From Eledone cirrhosa (lineage: Eukaryota): a stretch of DNA of 64,000 nt. The notes beneath the pieces were generated by a model. The model was not told the DNA's origin. It saw nothing but the letters and a program-made list of their open reading frames with translations, and searched no databases. The number at the start of each line of letters is the position of its first letter. The first letter of the stretch is position 1. The position numbers and the translations under genes are program-made. Shown here in pieces: positions 36,875 to 50,480 of this stretch. The stretch lies in NCBI GenBank assembly GCA_964016885.1, contig OZ024745.1, positions 100,130,001-100,194,000 on the forward strand, given 5' to 3'.

Positions 36875-37524
36875 ACAAAGGGATTGTGGTAAGGAACCAG
36901 ATGGACCATAATGCAGCAGAGTACTCAATACTTAGGGTAGTAGAGTGGGAAATAGGAAAAAGTATAAAGATTAAAAAAATATTTTTGTTTTGATAATGTA
37001 GATAATATGTCAATTTTGAAAAGAAAATGAGTTGATTTAGAAGCTACTCTTGAGAAATAAAAGTGCAGTTGTAAACACACATGCATAATTTGGAGGATTT
37101 AGGCACAAACCTTGATGGTTATAACTTCATAGGTAGCATCCTAGAAAAAAATACAGCATTAAAAGTGTGCAGTTAATAATACAAAATAAAAATATGAGAA
37201 CTTAATCATCTCACATCTATGAAGAAAAGAAATAAAGATTATATTATTTAGATATTAATTAATAACTATGAAAATGCTTAAAAAGTTCATATGTTGGAGT
37301 CCTTTATGAAATATTTTTCAGAGACAACATTGCAAAGTGGAATACACTCTGTTATTGAAATATAATACAAATTAGCACAATAGTAAATGGTTTTAGTAAA
37401 ATGGATTTAACTTGAAGTAACATTCTTAAACTAAATGATGATAGAATTACTTTGAAATAAATAATATTGATATAAAATTTACTCCATATCATTAAGAATT
37501 AAGAAGTGGGTTAGTAGCAAATAC

Positions 37525-37575
37525 CTTTAGATGGATTAATCCATCTTGTAGTTTAACTGATCGTTTCACTCCTGT
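37525..37575 (-). CDS. Candidate non-collagenous interruption exon 51 nt: TGVKRSVKLQDGLIHLK (alternative acceptor at 37571)
   Basis: TTTTTCGTTTTTAG acceptor, AAG|GTATTT donor, open phase-0 frame ending in LK before a Gly-X-Y exon, like the IIELK interruption. Confidence 0.62.
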
Positions 37576-38226
37576 CTAAAAACGAAAAATGTATATTAAA
37601 TGAAAATTGTTACATTTACTATGAATAAATGACGGACATTAATAGATAATTTGTAATTTTGTAGATCTTCCATATAGTTTAAATTTATACACCACTGCAA
37701 ATTTGGTATATTCTAGTTTACACTATATATATATATATATATGTATATATATACATACATATACACACACATTCGGGACTGCCTGCTATCGATATAACAC
37801 CATATTTGCGGGCTATTCCCAAATCAAATTTGCTATTTTCTATCTACTATTTTTCTCTCTATCTCCTATCTTCCATTCTATGTTTGGGTTCAATGTAATC
37901 CTGTTACATAATTCAGAAAATAACACCTGATGAAATCGCCTTGTCTTGCATCATAATCAGATGATAGAGTTGAGCCATTGTAATAAATATGTAATATGTA
38001 TAGTGCTTTCGTGAAATTCTAAAGTAAATTTTCCAGCCAGGCCTTTTCTTCATGTTTTAATGAGTATATATATACTGTCCCACCCTTGCAAGCAGGGAAA
38101 AGTGGGCGTAAAATGATGATGATGATATATATGTGTATGTGTGTGTGTGCGTGTGAGTCCCAGGTTCAAGCAAGGGTAACCACAGTTAGTAAGGTACTCA
38201 ATACATTATTTGAGTATAAGAATCAA

Positions 38227-38358
38227 GTTTAATATAGAAATAGTTTCTACAGGACTAGAACTGTTTCATTCAAAAGAAATCATCAGGAAAGCCCTTTCCT
38301 GATGATTTCTTTTGAATGAAACAGTTCTAGTCCTGTAAAAGCCATTTCTATATTAAAC
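38227..38358. repeat. 65-bp-arm palindrome (2-nt loop) with hammerhead-like core CTGATGA..GAAAC..GTC in each arm
   Basis: Arms reverse-complementary with 3 mismatches; related sequence at 18177-18220. Confidence 0.8.
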
Positions 38359-39379
38359 ATTATATATATATATATGTATATCATCATCATCATCACCGCT
38401 TTATGTTGATTCTTCCACGCTAGCATGGATTAGAATGGTTGTCCTGTTGTGGGCAATGTTAGGCCGGCTGACCTTGTCTTGCTCATATGGGAACTGATTT
38501 TGGCTCGATTTCTACAGCAAGGACACTTAACTTTCAACAGGACTCTCAACTTGGTAAATAAATTAAGATGGTATAGATGATCACTGTAAATAACACAGCA
38601 GTGTACAGGTTTTCCATTTACTGTGCTGAATTCAAAGCGACCTATGAGTATAGCTTAAATCTTTTGATACCAAACCATCAGAAACTGTCTTTGGTTCTAT
38701 GATACTAAGCTGTTGAATTTCAAATGTTTATATTTATCTAAAAACCTTCCATCATGATTTTATGGAAGAACTTTTAAGTCAAATATCAGTTTAAAAATAA
38801 CAAAATTAGCTATATTCTTAAACCCATACAAATTTTTGAGTATTTTTCAAAATGATTTGAAAGTCATAGGCAGCGTATTTCATTATAAATATGGTAACAA
38901 CTGAGTTAAAGAGGGATGTGCACCACAAGTCTGATATGCCTTAAATTATATTACATAAAGACAAAATCCTTCAAGTGATGCATGTATGGCCCAAAGGATT
39001 TTAGGACTCATACATATTAATTATTGATTTAATTCCAAGTTAATTTTTTAAAAAATATTAAGAGTAATTTCTTTCAGCATGGTTCTAAATAAAACAAAAT
39101 AATTTTATATGATAAATATAAATACATTAAAGTTATTACATTTATAAATTTGAATAGTTTAAGCTGATATTTTCAAATTTGAAAAACAGAAAAGTATGGT
39201 TTCTAACATCGACACAAGTTTAGAAATTTTGGGGTAGGGAAGAGTCGATTGTATCAACCTCAGTAATTGAAAGATGAAAGGCAAAGATGACCTCATTGGG
39301 ATTTGAACTCATAATGAAGCAAATAGTTCAAAGCATTTTGTCTGGTGCTCTTTTCATCCTGTCAATCCTCTGCCTTCAC

Positions 39380-39558
39380 AATAATTGTCTCTACTTTAGG
39401 CACAAGGCCAGCAATTACCCAGTACATTACTCATACTTTATTTTATCGACCCCATAAGGATGAAAGGCAAAGTCAACCTCGGCGGGATTTGAACTCAGAT
39501 CGTAAAGGGACGTAACTATGCTGGAAAGCATGGCGTCCGACCCTCTACCGATACTGCC
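39380..39558 (-). mobile_element. SINE family A copy (older diverged copy adjacent at 39195-39378)
   Basis: Consensus match. Confidence 0.9.
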
Positions 39559-39834
39559 GTTAAATAGGTCGCTTAACAAGTTATCTACCACTAGGGTGAG
39601 ATGCTTGTAAAGTTTCTTTATTTTAAACTACTTTACTATGATCTTCCCTTTGGCTAGTCTGTGCAATCTTGTTTATTGAGATGTAAAGTATATTACTGAC
39701 AAATCTTGAAATAAATAAATATATATATATAATGAAGGAAATGTGGTAAGGAACTAGGTGGACCATAACGCACCAAAGTACTCAATACTTAGGGTAGTAG
39801 AGTGGTTTCCTATATATATATATATATATATATA

Positions 39835-40013
39835 TAATTGTTTCTATTTTAGGCACAAAGCCAGCAATTACCCAGTACATTACTGGTACTTTATTTTATC
39901 GACCCCGTAAGGATGAGAAGCAAAGTTAACCTCGGCGGGATTTGAACTCAGATCACAAAGGGACGTAACTCTATGCTTCAAAGCATGGTGTCCGACTCTC
40001 TACCAATACTGCC
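39835..40013 (-). mobile_element. SINE family A copy
   Basis: Consensus match, inserted next to (TA)n. Confidence 0.9.
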
Positions 40014-41407
40014 ATATAATAAGGAGTTGATGGACCCAGCATATTTATCAATGCTAGGACCGGTTGTATCTCAGCGTACTCAATAGGTAATGTAGAATAC
40101 ATTCCAAGAGTATACACAAAGTTATTCGCTTCAATACAACACACGTAAACGGGTGCCTATAGTAGTTCCCGGACTCGAGTTTTGGGCCACACTTAATGCA
40201 GCAGTAGGGTGCACTGCACCCTCTGTCTGCATATATTATGCAACAATGCATAATCGGTACATGTGGCCTCATCAGCTGGTATTGCCTAATCAATAAGCAA
40301 TCGATCGACAGAATTCAACCCCAGTCCATGCTGGCTATGACAGTTTGTGATGGCCGACACAGTAAAGTGATTAACAACTGGAATCTGATACAAATCTGTC
40401 CCCCCAATCGGCCACCGATTTACAAATTTATGTGGTGGCGGGAGATTAGAAAACAAATATTTCCGCTCCTGTCAAAAGCTCTCAGCCAATGTGTCTTAAA
40501 CACAAATTAATAAGATAGTGAAAAGTTGGTTATTAGAAAGAGCAGTCCCACGATGTATAATAGTTCCCCCTCTGCTCGAACCATCACCACCTAGCTATAC
40601 AACCACTACCTACGATACCATCACTTTACCACACATATATATATGAATGATTTGTATTAATGATATTATCTTTGTTGATATATATCTCCTTCTTGCCTGT
40701 GTCATATGACAAACCTTTTAAGTTGCAATTCTGTGATTTTCCTTTGCACATGTCTATAAGATTCTTGAAGTGTTTTAGTTGATAATGAAAAAGTCATTTT
40801 TATCATTGACAGAAAGTAAATAGCTTTCTTGATTGCAACAAAGTATATTTATGAATTCTAACTCCATGATCACATCATGATCTTTCAATCATTAACAGAT
40901 TCAAAGGTCCTTTATTTGATAAGAATAGTTTAGATTGTCAGGATCTAAATTTAAAACATAATGTTTAGTCAAATCTTCTTACAACCTACGACTTACATTG
41001 CCAAACACAATGAAAGTATTTGAGGCTCTGTAATTTATGAAAGTATTGCACATATTTTTAATCAATGGCAGCAAGTCTTGAGAGAAAGCAAATACAGAAC
41101 CATATAGGCTGCTGTTATTTATTTCCATTAAAGAAATAAATTTAATACTAATTTAATTATAATCATTGAAATTATAAATTAATTTCTAATTCATAAATTC
41201 TCACGTAACACACCAATTTTAATGATTAGTAGCCAGTAAAGAAAAATGTAGAACAATTATAAAAAATAATTATATAATTATATAATAAAATTCACATTAT
41301 ATTGAAAAAGAAAAAAAAACACAATTAATCAATAAAATTAAAATGAAATAATTGAAAATGTATCCACAGAGGAAAATGTTCAATAAAACTAAGCATTAAT
41401 ATCTTAC

Positions 41408-41445
41408 TTTTGGATACATAAACATGCGAAATAAAGTTCATATAG
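41408..41445 (-). CDS. Candidate non-collagenous cassette exon 38 nt (phase 2 to 1 reading YMNFISHVYVSK)
   Basis: TTTTCATTTTCATAG acceptor and GTAAGA donor; length not a multiple of 3, so it needs partner exons to hold frame. Confidence 0.35.
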
Positions 41446-42686
41446 CTATGAAAATGAAAAGTCAATTTATTATTTCTTAATTTAATTAAGAAACATTCTA
41501 TTTAATTTAGGCACAAGGCCAGCAATTTTGAGGGAAAGTTGATTATATCGACTTAATTAACTGGTACTTTACTTTATTGACTTTGAAACGTTGAAAGCTA
41601 AAATTGAGCTCAACAGGATTTGAATTCAGAACATAAAGAGCCAGAACAAATACTGCTAAGCATTTGTCCAACACTCTAAAGACTCTGGCAATCAATTACT
41701 CTTATTTAATTAAGAATGATAAATGCTTATTTTTCTAAAATAATTGTAAAGAAAATTCAAATTTTAATGTAATTTGTTATAATAATACATTATACGAATA
41801 CATTATACAGTCATTAGAATTCTTCATTATTCTAAAATATTAAAGTTCATATTGTCATTGAAAACCATATGAAAAAATTGCAAAACTTTTTTCTTATATC
41901 TTGAAATATGAGAAAAACACAATGTACATTTAAGTGATGTTTGTATTGTACTCTGAACAAAAGCTGTCACAGAAAAATAAAAAATATAAAAATCTTCTTC
42001 AATAAAATACATTCAATATTCACTATATTTCACATTACTGTTGAATTATTTTGAACTAAACATTTAACTGAGTTAACATGAGAGAAACAGTACCTCCCCA
42101 ACAAGCCCTATAATGGCTCCCACCCTAAAAAAAGGTCTTTTAGGAATTTCAAACAAATAATAAAACATTTTAAAGGTCAGCATTTCTCAAATCCAACTTG
42201 TTGATTTAAAAGGACTAAGTATTGAATTGGGCATTGCCAAATAGATTGATTTTGATATTGTTATTAGAAATTTTGCAGATAATAAAATATAGAAAAATTA
42301 TTTGATTACCAGATTAGACTTTGTTTTGTATGAAATACAAAATTCTCTGATGGTTTTGCTACACAGAGAAAAAAACATGTACAAAAGATACACTTAAATC
42401 AGTCTACTTTGATCATGTTCTATCCATAATGATATTTTCTACAAAGAAGTAAAACCAGATTTTTAATTATGGATTTAGGGTTCATTTGGGCATTAAATCC
42501 TCCAATGCAAAAACATCAGTCTTGTTTGTTATGCAAACTTTCTCTATGAAGCCTTGCTGCCCATATTTTGATTTCCAGTTGGAATTATCTCCCTAACCTT
42601 GATTTTCCCCCATTCCAATCCTTATATATAAGCTATTTATGATATTTTATAAAGATTCATTGAAATCTGTAAGACTTCTTACTTAC

Positions 42687-42758
42687 TTTAGAGCCTTTAA
42701 TACCATCATAACCAGGTAATCCAGGATTTCCTTTCTGCCCTGTTTCCCCACGAATACC
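42687..42758 (-). CDS. Collagen exon 72 nt: GIRGETGQKGNPGLPGYDGIKGSK
   Basis: TTTCTTTTCAG acceptor, GTAAGT donor (a second GTAAGA lies 4 nt further on), 8 triplets. Confidence 0.95.
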
Positions 42759-44212
42759 CTGAAAAGAAACATTCATTTGAAAATAAAATCAAAATTAAGA
42801 GTTTTCTTTATTACACACTACATGTTGCCTGATTCAGAGGATTTTCATTTTCATCAGATAAATGGAATATGTAAACATATATTTGTAAAAACCAACTTCA
42901 CAAACCACACCATAATGATGTATGAGTTATATGAATGGATTCATTTCCAAGTGTTTACTTTGTCATTGTCTTTTTATTTGTATTGTTCCTCAGTGTTAAT
43001 TTGAGTATCGCAAAATTACCAAATTAACTAGAAAAATAGGATATTGTATTATTTTTAGTGGAAAATCAAAACTATTGACCAGTTAGATTTTACTATAGAT
43101 ATTTTTTTTACAACCATTATGATATATTATGCAAGTACTGATTATATTAGTACTGGTTTTGTCTTGTAGCAGTTTCTGAGATTAGTTTCAGTATATAGTA
43201 AATATCTTGGAAAACTGTTTCATCTTTTACAAGGATTTCTATTAAATGTCCCAGTGTAGTCAACTTTCTTTATTATTCTTTCTTTTACTAGTTTCAGTAA
43301 TAAGACTGCAGCTAAGCTGAGAGACCCTCTTCAACGGGTTTAGTCTATCATATGGATCCCAATATCTACTGTTTTTCAATATGGTTTGATAATTATTTAA
43401 TCGATCTCCATTTGTTGAAGTGCTAAGTTATGGCATACAAACAGATAGTAAGCTAAAACACAGGTTGGATGCACACACACACATATACATGCATAGCAGA
43501 CACTGACACAATTTTCAGCTACCAAATTCCACAAACAAGGCACTAGTCAGTAGAAAACACTTGCCAAAGGTGTGGTTGGGAAGCGAACTTCTTAACCCCA
43601 CAGCCAAACTTGTGCCTGTTCTTAGATTGTGAAAATGTATGTATACATGCACTATCTCTAATTGTTTGCAACACACCCATTTGACTTCTACATATGTATC
43701 ATTTGTGTATATTAGGACAACTATAATCAAGGTTTTTATAGTACAATTATTTGAAGTACAATTATTTGAAAACTAACACTGATATTGGGGTATAATCATC
43801 ATAATTATGTTATTGTTTTAATAATCATATTTTAATTTGAACATCTAAATGTGTTTAATGACAACTAATTTCAGAAATACTCTTACAAAACAATATAGTC
43901 AGTATAAAGATATGTGGCATTAAATTTGAAGTAAAAGAAGGTGGAATGTTATCACATCTATACTTTGTAATATAAAATTGATATGATAAAAGCCATAAGC
44001 AATAATTAAGGATTCCCATTTAGCTCCATCATTACAACAGAAAATATGGTACTAGTGCAAGAAATATTGCTATTTGAATTCAGAACTTATGTTAAGTGGT
44101 TTATGTTTTAAAGAACATTCTATTCTAAAATAGATGAACATTTTTGTTTCTAAAAATTGTTTAACATATCTCAATAACAATGAAATATCATGTAAGTTAT
44201 AAACCACAATAC

Positions 44213-44248
44213 CTTTTCTCCTTTGTCGCCCTTTGGACCTGGTAGTCC
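44213..44248 (-). CDS. Collagen exon 36 nt: GLPGPKGDKGEK
   Basis: TTCCATTTCAG acceptor, AAG|GTATTG donor, 4 triplets. Confidence 0.93.
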
Positions 44249-46030
44249 CTGAAATGGAACACATGAATGAAAATATATAGATAGATTATTGATATAATAT
44301 AAACAATTAAATCGTTGGTTTTTGTAGGGTTAAGCTTCACAAAACATGACATTAATTATAGCAAACAACACTGCATGATTTGATTGTGTTAATAAATTGG
44401 TGCCTGAAAACTTTGTGTTCATGCTACATGGGTGCTGTTCATATTAATAGTTTATCTATTAGAATTAAATAACTTTACTACTAGACACAGTGCACTAAAT
44501 ACATTGGATACTATAGGAACAACACTATTCAACACCTACACTTGAATAAATGTCACAGCTACTAAAACTTTAGACTGAAATGTTGGGAACTTATGGATTT
44601 AGGAGGCAACCCTCATCAAAGAATCTAATCCTGCCCTCACCAGCTGCTAAGAATTGCACCAAGTACATTGGCTAATCTAACCTGAGAATAGTTTACTGTG
44701 AACTGAAAATTCAAACTATCTAGCAGTTGTTATACAAGATGTATCATCACCATACAGTGCTAGTATTGTTAGACATTGCAACATTTAACAAAATACAAAA
44801 ATCATCAGTAGAGGTTGTCTTCATGTTTGTCCCCCAAGATCCCCTAAATCCATTGAACTACTGATTCTGGAGATAGCCAAAGTTTACCACACTGACATTG
44901 GACCTACTCTAAGACAAGACGATCAACAACTGTTGACTTATAAAAACTCACCCACTCTCTCTCTCTCTGGAATGCCAGAATCAGTAGATTGCTAAACACT
45001 GGATTACTTTATGATCTCATTAGTAACCTACCAGAGTTATTCATGCCAGTAAGAAAACAAAATAAACAGAATAGTAAATTGTTGATCATGATAATAATAA
45101 TAATACAAATGCTGTGTTTTAAATCTATTGTCACACAAATCCCTGCTTTAAGAAATTTGAAAAGCAAGAAAGTTTGTTGTTATGAATTTTTGAGGGTTAT
45201 GTTTCAATTTCAATCTATTTTGAGAACTGAAATAGTACCATGCAACTGATTATTCAGTCAAGTAGAATTAGTATTAAAATAATAGGTGTATTTAATCAAC
45301 ATGCCATATTCCTGAATACATAACTGAATGTAATTAGTAAACTACAACCTTAATTCGGAGCTTTATTCAATAAACTGGTAATCAAAAAATTTCGAAAAAT
45401 TCTTGTTGAATCTTAGGTAAATATAATACAAAAGTAAAACTGTTAGTTAAAATACCCTGAGAGTATTCAATACATTTTAATAAATAAAGTAATTGGAATT
45501 TGAATCTATTAATACTGAATGCATAAAATATAGATAAATATATGATACCAACTGTTAATTAGTCCACAACATTCAGTGGCTCTCAAACTGAATCATTTTT
45601 TAAGAGTGGGAAAGTGCATGATCAAGAATTTTGAAAATCACAGATAAAACCTATAGACCTATATCAACTGATAATGTATGGATATTTTGGAAATTTTAAT
45701 ATCGAAGTGATTATGTTGAAATGTTTTGAAAGATTTCTCATAAAAAGTACTAAAAAATAAGATTTTCAAAATTGACGTACGAAAGAGAAATTCTTAGCGT
45801 AAATTTTAGACACTAATAAAGAATTAAATATTGATACGTTCATTCTATTTTTCTGAGATAAATATTTTGTGTGAAGAATCAAATATTTCCAGAGAAAGTT
45901 TATTATGTGCTAAAATAAACACTTATTAAATGAAGTTGAAACAAATATAAAACAGTAGAAAAAATGTTTTTTCATTGATTTGATGTTTAATTTAATTTGA
46001 TTTTGATTTTGCGTGAAGCTAAATACTTAC

Positions 46031-46066
46031 CTCTTCACCCTTTCCTCCTTGTAAACCAACTGGTCC
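46031..46066 (-). CDS. Collagen exon 36 nt: GPVGLQGGKGEE
   Basis: TTCTGTATATAG acceptor, GAG|GTAAGT donor, 4 triplets. Confidence 0.92.
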
Positions 46067-46173
46067 CTATATACAGAAGAATATACATATTTACATTGAA
46101 TGATGATGCAGTAAATAACTATTTATATTCTAACAGTAATTTTTCTAAATGTTGGGTGACCTTCAGAATTCAA

Positions 46174-46364
46174 TAATTGTTTCTACTTTTGACACAAGGC
46201 CAGCAATTATCCCAGTGTACCACTGGTACTTTATTTTATCGACCTCGTAAGGATGAAAGGCAAAGTTAACCTCGGCAGGATCTGAACTCAGACCATAAAG
46301 GGTCGTAACCCTTTGCTGCAAAGCATGGCGTCCGACCCTCTACCGATACTGCCAATCCACCGCC
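46174..46364 (-). mobile_element. Full-length SINE family A with target-site duplication
   Basis: Head GGCGGTGGATTGGCAGTATCGG, B box; CCTTCAGAATTCAATAAT duplicated at 46160 and 46364; central domain resembles the Meta/MESC SINE domain (from memory). Confidence 0.93.
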
Positions 46365-49256
46365 CTTCAGAATTCAATAATATTACATGCTCTCAAGAAT
46401 AGTATTCAGGAAGCTTATTAGATTGTAATTAAGGTTTGATGATGCATATCTAATTTTTATACATCATGCATGTTATCATGTAGGCATTATTAGATGCATT
46501 TCAAAAAATAACTAAACATATTACAAATTAAAAGTGTTATAGTATTACAGTCCATTCAAGAAGGTTAAATTCCAGCATGCTGGCAGTTCTTTCCATATTC
46601 TTCATTGAAACATCAATGAAAGTAATAAACTACTGATTGAAATATCTGAGACATTATATTTGAGATACTTAAAAAGACAAAGTTATATAGTTAAGCCAGA
46701 GGTCAGTAACAGTGAGAGAGGAGTTGTCCATTGAAGTGTTCTACGTAGATTTCACACTTTCTCAAATATATGTATGTAAGATATAATATATGAGCTATGG
46801 GCAAAGCCATGTGGGCTCTTACAGTGACATACAGCATTTCTTGGGTATATTCTAGACATGGCAGAGCCAATCTCCTCTCCAGGTTTGAACACTGATTTCT
46901 TCCAGAAAAAGGAGAGGGAGTGATAGAAAGGAAGTGAAAAAGAAGCATAGAGGAAGAATCACCCCAGTATTACACTGGTACTTTCTTTTATTGACCTTGA
47001 AAGGATAAAAGGCATAGTTGGCCTTGGTGAGATTTGAACTCAGAGTGTTGGAACAAATACCACAAATCAATGTCTCCAACATTCTAATGACTAATGGACA
47101 AACATAAAGAAGGTCAAATGTGAGCCATTAGAAAAAGAAGCTACTTATTCCTGAGTTAGAATTTGAAATAAACATTCTCAGTTTTACATAATTTTACAAA
47201 TCCTTTCTGCAGAAGGTGTTACTGCTTAGAATAACTTAGAAGCATGCTTTGCAGACATTCTATGTGTAATGAAACAGCATGCTATCATGTAGAGTTATAT
47301 GTCCTATGAAATTCTCAATTTTAAATCAAAACCTTTAGAAAACTATTTAATTTCAAACATTATATATTTTTCAATCAAGATATTCACTAGTTAATTCCAA
47401 TAAAACATTGATTTTATAAATATTCAGTAAATTAAAAGAAATATTGCATTATCATAGTTAAAAATTATACTTTTAAAATAATATAAAGATTAAAAGGAAA
47501 TCAGATATGCAGATATAGCAAAATATTAGAATAAGCTTGTTGAAGCAAAATACTTAATGGTTAGACTATAAAACTTCTATATATTAAGAAAGTTTACATA
47601 CAAACGCACACACATACACACACGTGTGTGTGTGTATATATATATATATACATACAGGTATATATAGGGGTCATCATAATGTCCTTGTGCAATTTTTTTA
47701 AATTGTATATTTTTTATCACATTAGTTCTGCATATACTAGAATTATCTGTAAAGTACACTTAGAAGCCTGATGCATCCATTTTATCATCATCAATTAAAA
47801 TATTTATTATAATTGTTTTTCAATTAAAAAATCCTATAATCATTTCAACTTTATTTCATAGGTATATGAAAAGATGATTGTATATTCTACTAAATTTTAT
47901 TCTATAGATGGCTTGCTAGCTAAGATAGCTAGAAGCCATCAACTAGAGAGATTTTTAAATCGTGCGAAACCATTTTGGTGGTTTAAGAGCTGATGAGGGT
48001 GAAGACGTGTGTGTGTAAAATTGTCTTGTACAGCACCTTTCTTTATTTCCTTCTTTCCACCAACACACTTCTCCTTGCTCTCCTCCTCTTTCAGTCATTT
48101 CTATAGTTCATCTGCCTGCCATCCACCTTGTGGATTGTCTCTCTGTTGACCACTAGCTGCTGGTCTCTGTTCTCTGAGGCATTTTTGCCCATCACTGTCT
48201 TTGACAGCATTTAGCTGTTTTAAAAGCTATTCTAGCGATGAGTTTTCTCATTATCATATACTCTTGCTTTGTCTCCATCAGAAACAACATTGTTTTTTCA
48301 TTTAATATTTTTATAACATTAAACTCTCATCATGATTTGTATATATTATTATGTTGAACACATTGAGAATTAACAATCTTTATAACATATTTATTTCAAA
48401 ATGTAAAAAATTATTTCGTTTATTCATTTCACAGATTAATTTATATAGAGAGCTAAAGTGATACAAATTTAAAATCACACAAGGAGTTTATATAATTTGA
48501 TAAAATATGCATTTAAAGTGCTTCCATAAAGAAAATACAATTAGAATGAAAAAGACGTATACAATGAATAGATTGTTGAGTGGCTAAAGAAATAAATTTA
48601 TTAATTCATAATTTAAAACAATAAAATTACAATTAACTCTAAAAATTAAATATTCACTATTAATGAGAATGGTGTAATTTTTTAACAATCAATATAAAAC
48701 AGTTTCAAGTATAAATTTCCTGTACATTTCTTTTACTGGTTTCAGTTAATGGATTGTTTTCCAATTTAATCAATTATATTGACCACAGTATATTTCTATG
48801 ACTTATTCTAACCACCTTGGAATAGGATCAAAACACGTCAAAATGATCTAAAGGGAGGCAACTACGATCATAAAAAAATACTAAAAGATACTTTCATTTA
48901 ACATGATTTTTTTTCTTTTAGCCATCCCATGCTGATGATACAGATATATAGATCTGGCGGCCTTCTGCAGTTGCAGTCTGCCAAATTTTACACTCAAGGC
49001 TTTGATTAGCTTAGGGTTAAAAAAGTCACCTCCTCACAGTATTACACAATGGGATCAGAGCCCAGTTACAATATAAACTTCAATGAAATACACTTATAAA
49101 ATTATGATGATGACAAGTAATCTTTTCATATTATCAAGAGAAAATATTCGTGTTTAGTATTAACATATCAAATTTCTTTTTACACAATGCATATAAAGTG
49201 AAAAGACAAACAAAAAAAATGGAAAACAAACAAACAAGTCTTAAAATAGTACAAAC

Positions 49257-49292
49257 CGGATATCCAGGATAACCACTTCGACCCTTAGGTCC
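49257..49292 (-). CDS. Collagen exon 36 nt: GPKGRSGYPGYP
   Basis: TTTTTTCAAG acceptor, GTTTGT donor; also visible inside ORF 49134..49337. Confidence 0.92.
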
Positions 49293-50219
49293 CTTGAAAA
49301 AATAAATGATTAAATTATTATATTTAAATAATATCAACTAGGAAAATAAACTAACATTAAACAAAGAATTGTGTCCCCTTATTGCAATTCTTAGGGAGGT
49401 TCACTGTGACACAGTATGTGACAATGCTGGCCCTTTGCATTACAGGCACAACTAAGGTTTTCTAGCTGTGTAGACTGGAACAGTGTGGAATGAAGTGTCT
49501 TGCTCAGGGACACAATACACTGCCAGGAATAAAACTCACAACTTTACAATCATAAGCTGAAAACCTTAACCACTAAGTTAAATATTCAATTCTATACCAA
49601 CATCCAACAGTTTTTTTTTAATGGCAGCTGTTAATACTAATTCATTTCTATAAGAGCTGACAGAAATGAATCTGAGAAGGATTTTGTTTAAAATAAATCA
49701 AATATCTGAAATTATCTATTTCAATGACAATGACAAAGTAGGTGTGATGTAAATCAGACCTGCCAACCTCTAAAGACCCAAACGAGGAGTACCATGTAAA
49801 AAAGTGCCCCAAAATGGGGAGAAATAAGGCAGAATGGGAAGATTTTACATAATGAAAGCTATATTCATTGTCACAAGAGAAGCCACCTCTCACTGACCCT
49901 AAAGTGGGTGCGAGATCTCCCCATTGGAAGGGGAGATCTGATAGGCCTGTATGAATGCAATGATGAAATAGAAGAGAATTTGAACTAAAATCTAATAACT
50001 CAAATTGAGCTATTTGCACAATATTTTTTCTTAAGCTGAGCGCAATAGAATATTTGCAGTACTGAAATTAATACACCACTGAAATATTCCATTGAGCAGT
50101 GAGTGTGGGGAATGTAATACTAGGTCTGTTAAAAAAAGTATCCACTCATAGGCTGTGTGTGTGTGTGTGTGTGTGTGTGGGGGGGGGGGGTTATGTACAT
50201 GGTGGAGTTTAACAACTAA

Positions 50220-50480
50220 TTTCCTTTCCAGTAGGCCTCCAATGAACCTTCCACTTTTCAAAGCATGTCTGGAATGGCTCATAGTTCTGTCACCACAGAC
50301 CTCATAATGTCTTCTTGGTTCCCAAAGTGAGAGCTTTTCAGAAGCATCTTCAATTTTGGGAACAACCATAAGTCAGAAGAAATCATATCTGGTGGGTAGG
50401 GAGCCTGACAAATGAGCAAGATGTCTTTCATTGTAAAAAAAAACAAAACATTCAACAGATGCGGCTGACAGTTTTGCAAG
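50220..50480 (-). mobile_element. mariner transposase C-terminal remnant
   Basis: ORF 50279..50479 QAPYPPDMISSDLWLFPKLKMLLKSSHF..EDI is a decayed HPPYSPDLAPSDFWLFPKLK motif. Confidence 0.82.

Noticed and set aside
42094-42124. 31-nt AG/GT unit (GGSHYRACWG)
   Set aside because: Weak donor GTACTG, frameshifting alone, and many such chance units occur in AT-rich introns
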